A stretch of DNA of 64,000 nucleotides from the NCBI GenBank assembly GCA_951406725.2, contig OX597821.1, positions 107,570,001 through 107,634,000 of the forward strand, given 5' to 3'. Each line of letters starts with the position of its first letter. The first letter of the stretch is position 1. The notes beneath the pieces were generated by a model. It was given only the letters and a program-made list of their open reading frames with translations, did not search any database and was not told the origin of the DNA. A program made the translations under genes and the position numbers. The stretch comes from Octopus vulgaris. Its lineage: Eukaryota. Below, piece after piece: positions 56,200-64,000 of the stretch.

Positions 56200-57400
56200 C
56201 AATTATGAAGTGAATTTTAGGGCTTATAAATCTAATATTCTCCTATCCTTTCGTTAATACTGGTTCCCATATGCTGCTCATATCTGCACTCGGTCTGCTT
56301 AGGAGGTTGTTGTGTCCTAGCATATGTGCTGCTTCTTTTAGTTTTCGTATTTTCCAGTGGTGTTCTCTGTCTATTATTTTAACTTCATCCCACAGGAGGA
56401 GGTGGTCTCCATTTTTCCATACATGATCAGCTATACCCGATTTATCAATATCTCCTCGTGTCACAGCTTTGCGATGTTCCTCTACCCTTATTTTGAGGGG
56501 GCGGCATGTTTCGCCTTTGTATAACCTACCACAGCTGCATGGGATGGAGTACACGCAGTCTTTGGTCATATTCTCTTCTATTGGTGGTTTTACTCGAAGG
56601 AGATATTTGCAAAGTGTTGTATTACTCTTGAATACTGTCCTGATGTCATATGGGCCGCATATCTTTTGTATCTTTTCGGAGAGGCCTTTCACATAGGGTA
56701 AACAGACTGTGGACAGTTTTTTGGCCTCATCCTGTCTTTTTCATAATTGGAATGGATAGTATACTTTTGGGGTAGTTGTTGCTTAACAGATCGTTATTGA
56801 GCTTGATCATTTCTTCGTGGTGTGTATCACAATCGCTACTTATATTCTTTGCATGATGTTTTAAGCACTGAGCAGTCCCTCTCTTTACACTGTATGGATG
56901 GTGGGAATTGAAGTTGAGGTATCGTCCAGTGAAGGTCGGCTTGTGGTATACGGATGTCCTGAATCCATACTTGGTGCGTGTTATTAATACGTCCAGGAAT
57001 GCCAGCTGATTGTCTTTTCCCTTTTCCATTGTGAATGGTATGGATGGCTTTATTGAGTTCACATGATCTAACAGCACTTGGACATCTTCCTGGTGGAGCC
57101 AGAGTATAAAGCTGTCAACAACATATCGTAGCCATAGTGTTGGTCTAAGTGGAGTTGATCCTAAAGCCAAATTCTCAAAGTATTCCATGTATTTATCGGC
57201 TATTACCGGTGATAATGGCAAATCCATAGCTAAACCCACCTTTTGTCGATATATATCAGTGTCCATACTGAAGTAGGTAGTATGGACACTGATATATATC
57301 GACACTGACATAAGAAAGGAATAAAATGTTATCTTATGAACTCCATTAGCTTACAGCTGTTTCTGCTTCAAGACGCATTACTCAACTACGAATCCCAGCC
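56200..57400 (-). mobile_element. Penelope-like retroelement (Penelope/Poseidon-like), 5'-truncated
   Basis: RT C-terminal half (YRQKVGLAMDLPLSPVIA, WLRYVVDSF, LAFLDVLI, VYHKPTFTGRYLNFNSHHP) and GIY-YIG VYSIPCSCGRLYKGETCRPLKIRVEEH with no Cys linker; frameshift near 56720. Confidence 0.9.
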
Positions 57401-58169
57401 TGGGCCTGAGACCCCCTTCGGTCACGACACTGACCATGGGCTTGCACCTAGAAAGTTACCCTCCTAGTCACAAGTCTGGGCAAGGTTGTTTATGGAAGAC
57501 CAGCAGTCGCCCATGCATACCGGCCTCCCCTCTCCACGCCACCAGTGTTATCCAAGGGAAAGGCAGCAGCCAATACAGCTTGCCACCCGTGACGTCGCAA
57601 CTCATTTTTGCCAGCTGAGTTAACAGGAGCAACGTGAAATAAAGTGTCTTGCTCAAGAACACAACATGCAGCCTGGTCCGGGATTCGAGCTCACAACCTC
57701 ACGATCGTAAGCTTGACGCTCTAACCACTGAGCCCACTGCATAATATATTGGGATGGTTTGACGGGAGCTGATCAGCAGAAGAGCAGTCCAGGCTCCAAT
57801 TGTCCATTTCAGCTTGGTTTCTATGGCCGGATACCCTTCCTAATGCCAATCACTTTACAGAGTGTACTGGGTGCTTTTTATGTGCCACCGACATGTGCTT
57901 TAAACGTAGCACAATCATGAGTGCTCTATAAGTAGCACTGGCACAGAAGCTTTTTATGTGACCCCAAACAGGTGGTTTGTTGCATGGCATCAGCACGGGT
58001 GCATTGTATGAGGCACCAGAAGAGGTGCTTTTCTACACAGCACCAGCGCAGGTGTGTTTATGTGACACCAGCACCTACTGAGTTGATCGCTGTTGTTATT
58101 CGATGTTTAAGGTTATCGAGGGTAGTGGGTAGCAGTGGAACATAAATGCGCTCTTTTACATATCCCAAC

Positions 58170-58415
58170 CAGAAAAAAATCACACAACAGCGTTTAACTC
58201 AGTGTATCGTGATATGCTGATACACGTCTGGGAGGCATTCTCTTACCACATTGATGTTGCCCGTGCTGCAGACGGTGGCCACATTGATCACTTGTAAGAC
58301 AGGAAATAAAAGTTGTTTGTGAGTAAATACTTGTGACTTAGCTGGAGTCTTCTATTGCTTTTCCTTATTAAAATATCGCATAATGAAATCGGTTCATTCT
58401 TTTTGAATAACCCTG
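58170..58415 (+). mobile_element. Tc1/mariner-superfamily transposon 3' end
   Basis: TAFNSVYRDMLIHVWEAFSYHIDVARAADGGHIDHL* is a transposase C-terminus, followed by TIR ...ttttgaataaccctg. Confidence 0.7.
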
Positions 58416-58445
58416 TGTATATATATATATATATGTATGTATGTA

Positions 58446-58648
58446 TGATCGCCATGTTGATTCGCTAGCTTCTGCACGCATTTTTTTTCTCTCCGTGTTT
58501 CTTTTCTGTGTATCTTTCTGTTGAAGAGCGTAGGCTCGAAACGTAAAAGACTTGTTTTATTTATATTCCTGAGCGCCATACTAATACAATTGTTTGTTTG
58601 TATTCCACCTGCCTTCGTCTTTTGTTTATTTTCATAAAGCTTCCCGTT
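58446..58648 (+). mobile_element. Related solo PLE-terminus element with hammerhead motif (58513-58550)
   Basis: tcttt CTGTTGA A GAGC-gtag-GCTC GAAA CG TA aaaga; downstream tcctgagcgcca is shared with the other copies; lies within (TA)/(TATG)n. Confidence 0.7.
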
Positions 58649-58657
58649 ATATGTATG

Positions 58658-58688
<31 letters not shown>

Positions 58689-59555
58689 ATATATATATAT
58701 ATATATATATACATACATTACAAAATACAAAGTTATATGTTGAGATCTCCGAAACGGCCCGTAGATGAACATTTATGTATTTATGTATTTTTATAAATTT
58801 GTATATTTATCTTCTATGTATTTTTCTCTGGAATTTTAATTCGTCATTTTAATATGTCATTGTAAGTTTTATCACCCCAAATTTTTAATTTGAATAATTT
58901 ATACCAAATGGTTTATGAGTTTAAGCGTAAATTCAATGTGTTAAATATGCAACATTGATTATTATATATTTATATATTTTTATATGATGTTTATATATTT
59001 ATATATTACTATATTTTTAAACGTCAGATTTTATATCTGTTCTGTGGATATAAATGAATATATGAATATATGTATGTGTTTGATCTTTCTGTGGATTTTG
59101 TAATGTTCCTTTAGTTGCTGCTTACATTGCCTCCCCTCGGATTAAAAAGTATTTATATATGTATGTATGTATTTGTGTGTCTCTGTTCCCACTCCATCGC
59201 TTGACAACCAGTGGTGGTGTGTTTAAATCTCCATAACTTAGCTGTTCGGCAAAAGGTACCAATAGAATAAGTACTAGGCTTAAAAAGAATAAGTCCTGGG
59301 GCAGATTTATTCGACTAAAATCAGTGCTCCAGCATGGCCACAATCAAATGGCTGAAACAAGTAAAAGAATAAAAGGATACACGTTTCCTGATAATATTGA
59401 ATTATAAAAATATAATTTTTATTTTTGAAGATATATTCTCTGTAAGCCTGATACTTATTCTATCAGTCTCTTTTGCCAAACCACTAAGTTATGGGGACGT
59501 AAACATACTAACATTGGTTATCAAGCGATGGTGAGGGGGATGAGCAGACAAAAAG

Positions 59556-59588
<33 letters not shown>

Positions 59589-60372
59589 CATATTTATACG
59601 ATGGGCTTCATTCACTTTCCGTCAACCAAATCCACTCACAAGGTTTTGGTCAGCCCAAGGCTATAGTAAAAGACATTTACCCAAAATAATGTGGTTGGGA
59701 AGCGAGCTTCTTACCACATAGCCACACCTGATCCTGTATACATATATATATATATATATCATCATCATCATCGTTTAACATCCGCTTTCCATGCTAGCAT
59801 GGGTTGGACGGTTCAACTGGGGTCTGGGAAGCTAGAAGGCTGCACCAGGCCCAGTCTGATCGGGCAGTGTTTCAACAGTTGGATGCCCTTCCTAACGCCA
59901 TATATATATGTAGGGGGTGCCAAAAGGGATCTCAGGCAGTATCGTCCTTACCTTCCTGAACGACTTTTCCACCACATTTCTTAAAAATTGTGGTAGAGGC
60001 CTTGGTCTCAGGACCACTCATGTCTGGAAACTGAGGTTGGTGGGTAAGCAAGGGCATGCTCCCCGTAGAAAATCCAGCTCCAAAGAAGCCTCATGATAGC
60101 AAAGGAGAAGGGTACCAGCCAGCCAGCCAGTCCAAAGGTTGGGGTGGGCTGCACTTGCCTACCTCAGTTGTCTTGCCATTGAGGTAGATCTGGCTACCCC
60201 CATTAACGGGGACAAAACCCAGATTTGAAACACTTGTTGATGATGATGATGACGATGATGTACACACATACATACATTTTTACACACACATGTACATGTG
60301 CATGCATGTATATGCACATCACTGATTTAAAGTGCAACACAAACTAACAAATTGTTAACAGCCAGGAGTTAA

Positions 60373-60765
60373 GGCGCAGGAGTGGCTGTGTGGTAAGTAG
60401 CTTGCTTACCAACCACATGGTTCCGGGTTCAGTCCCACTGCGTGGCACCTTGGGCAAGTGTCTTCTACTATAGCCTCGGGCCGACCAAAACCTTGTGAGT
60501 GGATTTGGTAGACGGAAACTGGAAGAAGCCCGTCGTATATATGTGTGTGCGTGTATGTTTGTGTGTCTGTGTTTGTCCCCTAGCATTGCTTGACAACCGA
60601 TGCTGGTGTGTTTATGTCCCCGTCACTTAGCGATTTGGCAAAAGAGACCGATAGAATAAGTACTGGGCTTACAAAGAATAAGTCCCGGGGTCGAGTTGCT
60701 CGACTAAAGGCGGTGCTCCAGCATGGCCGCAGTCAACTGACTGAAACAAGTAAAAGAGTAAAGAG
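60373..60765 (+). mobile_element. tRNA-derived SINE family A, full length (other copies e.g. 35860-36295, 37065-37403, 40898-41272, 50197-50587, 50710-51100)
   Basis: A-box-like TGGCTGTGTGG, B-box-like GGTTCAGTCCC, internal TA/TG microsatellite, short repeat tail; many copies on both strands. Confidence 0.85.
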
Positions 60766-61002
60766 AGCCCAACTAGTGTATTAACTAATACATAAACAAA
60801 ATATAAATTGTGTAGACGATGATGATGATGATGATGATTTTAATCCTTCACTTCCTTATCATCAGCATTCGTAAAATTGAAATTTTATTTTATGCTGTTC
60901 TACTTTTTATTTTTATTTTTTGATTACCTAATGGTAATCAATACAAGATGTATACGTTTGGCCTCAAATTAGCCCTGGTTGTGCAAAGATCCGATTACAT
61001 TC

Positions 61003-61416
61003 TTTTACTCTTTTTTTCTCTTTTTACTTGTTTCAGTCATTTGACTGCGGCCATGCTGGAGCACCGCCTTTAATCGAGCAACTCGACCCCGGGACTTATT
61101 CTTTTTGTAAGCCCAGTACTTATTGTATCGGTCTCTTTTTGCCGAACCGCTAAGTAACGGGGACATAAACACACCAGCATCGGTTGTCAATGCTAGGGGG
61201 ACAAACACAGACACACAAACACACACACGCATATATATATATATACATATATACGACGGACTTCTTTCAGTTTCCGTCTACCAAATCCACTCACAAGGCT
61301 TTGGTCGGCCAGAGGCTATAGCAGAAGACACTTGCCCAAGGTGCCACGCAGTGGGACTGAACCCAGAACCATGTGGTTGGTTAGCAAGCTACTTACCACA
61401 CAGCCACTCCTGCGCC
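61003..61416 (-). mobile_element. SINE family A, full length, inverted relative to the 60373 copy
   Basis: Near-identical reverse complement of 60373-60765. Confidence 0.85.
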
Positions 61417-62741
61417 TATTGTCCAACATTGTCCAACATTCTTATTTTTCTTTCTTTCTTTTTGAAACAGAGGTTGTAATTTGAAAGAAAGACCTGGCTA
61501 CTATTTCTAGTATGACCAGCGACCACTTACAGTGTCTCTCTCTCTCTCTCGTAGACCCGTTCGTAAAAACACGTTTGAAGTAGATGTATAAATATATATA
61601 TTTATTTATATATATATGTAAATGTGTCAATCTGTCAGTGTGAAGTGGGTGGGTGTGAATGGACATAGTCAAATACACGTGAGTGTCCACACACACACAC
61701 ACACACATACACTGTGTCCTGTGTGTGTGAATGTTTATACAAACGTAGAGAGACAGAGAAGGCGGGTGACAGCGTGTACATATGAGTCAATGTACGAGGG
61801 CCAACGTATAAATTATACACAATCACAAACGCATACACACACGTGCACGAACATATATATATATATATATATATATAACTGTGTGCGTGCGTGATTGCCT
61901 GTATATAAAGAGTGAGTTTATATATATACAAATGGGGAAATTGTACTCAATTTTGAAGTAGATAATGTAAGTAGTTGACTACAAGCTAAACTTCCTAGAA
62001 TCGCAACTCAAAGAGTTTACTCTACAACAATCTTCACGTTAATAATAATAATGGAATGGTACTACTTGAGAACAGTGGCCCCGGTGCGCGCACTCACATA
62101 TGTGTTAGATTATTATTATTATTATATTATTATTGGTACTACTTGAGAAGAGTGGTCCCGGTGCGCGCACTCGCGTAGTCGCGCTAGCTAGTCGCGACTA
62201 GTCGAGTCCTACAACGACCACTGTTCGCAAGTAGTACAAATAATAATAATAATAATGATGATGATAATAATAATAATAACACACAAAGTAAGGATCGACT
62301 AGTCACGGCTAGCTAGCGCGGATGCGCGACTACGCGAGTGCGCGCACCGGGACCACTGTTCGCAAGTATTACCAATAATAATAATGATAATAATGATAAT
62401 AATAATAATCAAACACATATGTGAGCGTGAGTATGTGTGTATGTTTACGTGTGTTTGTATACGTAGTCACACACGTATAGTAATTCAGAGATACACGCAT
62501 ATACACAGACATACGTCGTGTTTAGGGAATAGAAAACAAGCGAAAACGTGTCAAATACAATTGGAGAACAGAAGAATAAATGAGAAAAATCACTTCACAG
62601 TTGAATGTTCCATTTCACTGTAACGTCCATTTTGTTGAAACCCGTATGGAAAGGAAGGGAAAGTAACTCGGGAAGGATTTGGTTAACAGTTGTGTCCCTT
62701 GGTTTGGAGTTTTGTTGTTTTGTTTTGGGTTGAGTTAATGA

Positions 62742-62746
62742 CGGGG

Positions 62747-62819
<73 letters not shown>

Positions 62820-63050
62820 TAGGGAGAGAGAAAGAGAGAGGAGGAGAGGAAGGGAGACGAATGAGAGAGAGGGGGAGACGAATGAGAGTGAAAGGGAGAC
62901 GAATGAGAGAGAAGGTACACAAATGAAAGAGAGGGAGACGAATGAGAGTGAAAGGGAGACGAATGAGAGAGAAGGTACACGAATGAAAGAGAGGGAGACG
63001 AATGAGAGAGGAAGGGAGACGAATGTGAGGGAGGAGAGACGGGGAGATAG

Positions 63051-63105
<55 letters not shown>

Positions 63106-63620
63106 TAGGCAGAGAGAAAGAGAGATAGGCAGAGAGAAAGAGAGAGGAGGAGAGGAAGGGAGACGAATGAGAGAGAGGGGGAGACGAATGAGAGTGAAAG
63201 GGAGACGAATGAGAGAGAAGGTACACAAATGAAAGAGAGGGAGACGAATGAGAGGAAAGGGAGACGAATGAGAGAGAAGGTACACGAATGAAAGAGAGGG
63301 AGAGGGGCGACAGTAACAGAGAGAGCGATAGGATGAAAGAGGATGTGAGAGAGTGTGTGAGAGACAAACAGACAGAGAGGGAGAGAGAAGAAATGAGAGG
63401 AAGAGGGTAGACAGACAAATAGGCAGGTAGGAAGAGAGACAAAGAGGGAGAAGAGGGGCAGGAAGAGACAGAAGAAGACAGAGCGAGAGGGGGAGAGAGC
63501 GTGTGAGAGACAAAAAGACAAACACAGACAAAGAGAAAGAGGAGAGACAGAAGAAGAGAGTGAGTAAGAGTAAGAGAAAGGCGGGGAATACGGAAAGAGA
63601 GAGATAGAGACACAGGGACG
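62742..63620. repeat. Purine-rich compound repeat with ~300-bp internal duplication
   Basis: (GATA)n(GA)n plus repeated gggagacgaatgagag units; the block at about 62742-63040 recurs at 63040-63300. Confidence 0.85.
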
Positions 63621-64000
63621 GAAACAGCCAGCCAGCCAGCCAGACAGTTTGGTGAGATTAATTGCCGTGAAGAAGGCGGCGTGCTGACAGAAACGTTAGC
63701 ATGCCGGGCGTTCAAATTCCGCCGAGGTCGACTTTGCCTTTCATCTTTTCGGAGTCGATAAATTAAGTATCAGTCACGCACTGGGGTCGATGTTATCGAC
63801 TTAATCCGTTTGTCTGTTCTTGTTTGTCCTCTCTGTGTTTAGCCCCTTGTGGGTAGTAAAGAAATAGGTATTTCGTCTATATGTTCTGACTTCAAATTCT
63901 GCCGAGGTCGACTTCGCCTTTCATCCTTTCGGATTCAATTAAATATGTACCAGTTACACACTGGGGTCGATATAATCGTCTTAATCCGTTTGTCTGACCT

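Noticed and set aside
60373-60445. tRNA gene
   Set aside because: A/B-box-like motifs only; no complete cloverleaf, and it continues into a multi-copy SINE body.

Overview
Repeat-dense eukaryotic (animal) genomic DNA. The SINE and microsatellite landscape points to a coleoid cephalopod, probably Octopus; this is inference. Two spliced protein-coding genes face each other tail to tail. (1) On + are the last two exons of a class A (rhodopsin-like) peptide GPCR (1235-1358, 6170-6586), joined by a GC-AG intron. (2) On - is the complete 7-exon coding sequence of ARFRP1 (54347 to 27568; 609 nt, 202 aa). The rest is microsatellites, tRNA-type and RTE-tail SINEs, decayed LINEs (RTE, Tx1, R4/Dong-like), two Penelope-like elements (PLEs), Helitrons and MITEs (Merlin-like, hAT, piggyBac, mariner). 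The most interesting unannotated signal is a set of minimal hammerhead-ribozyme motifs with variant cores. They sit at the 3' end of a Neptune-like PLE and in ~200-bp solo derivatives inside (TA)n/(CA)n tracts, and the PLE carries 1.7 kb of degenerate CA repeat before its ribozyme. Other notable structures are an 8-bp-TSD MITE family carrying TTAGGG repeats, a twin-priming-type inversion in an RTE, a 20-bp array built from a SINE head, and two local fold-back duplications. Coordinates were read by eye; repeat boundaries are approximate.
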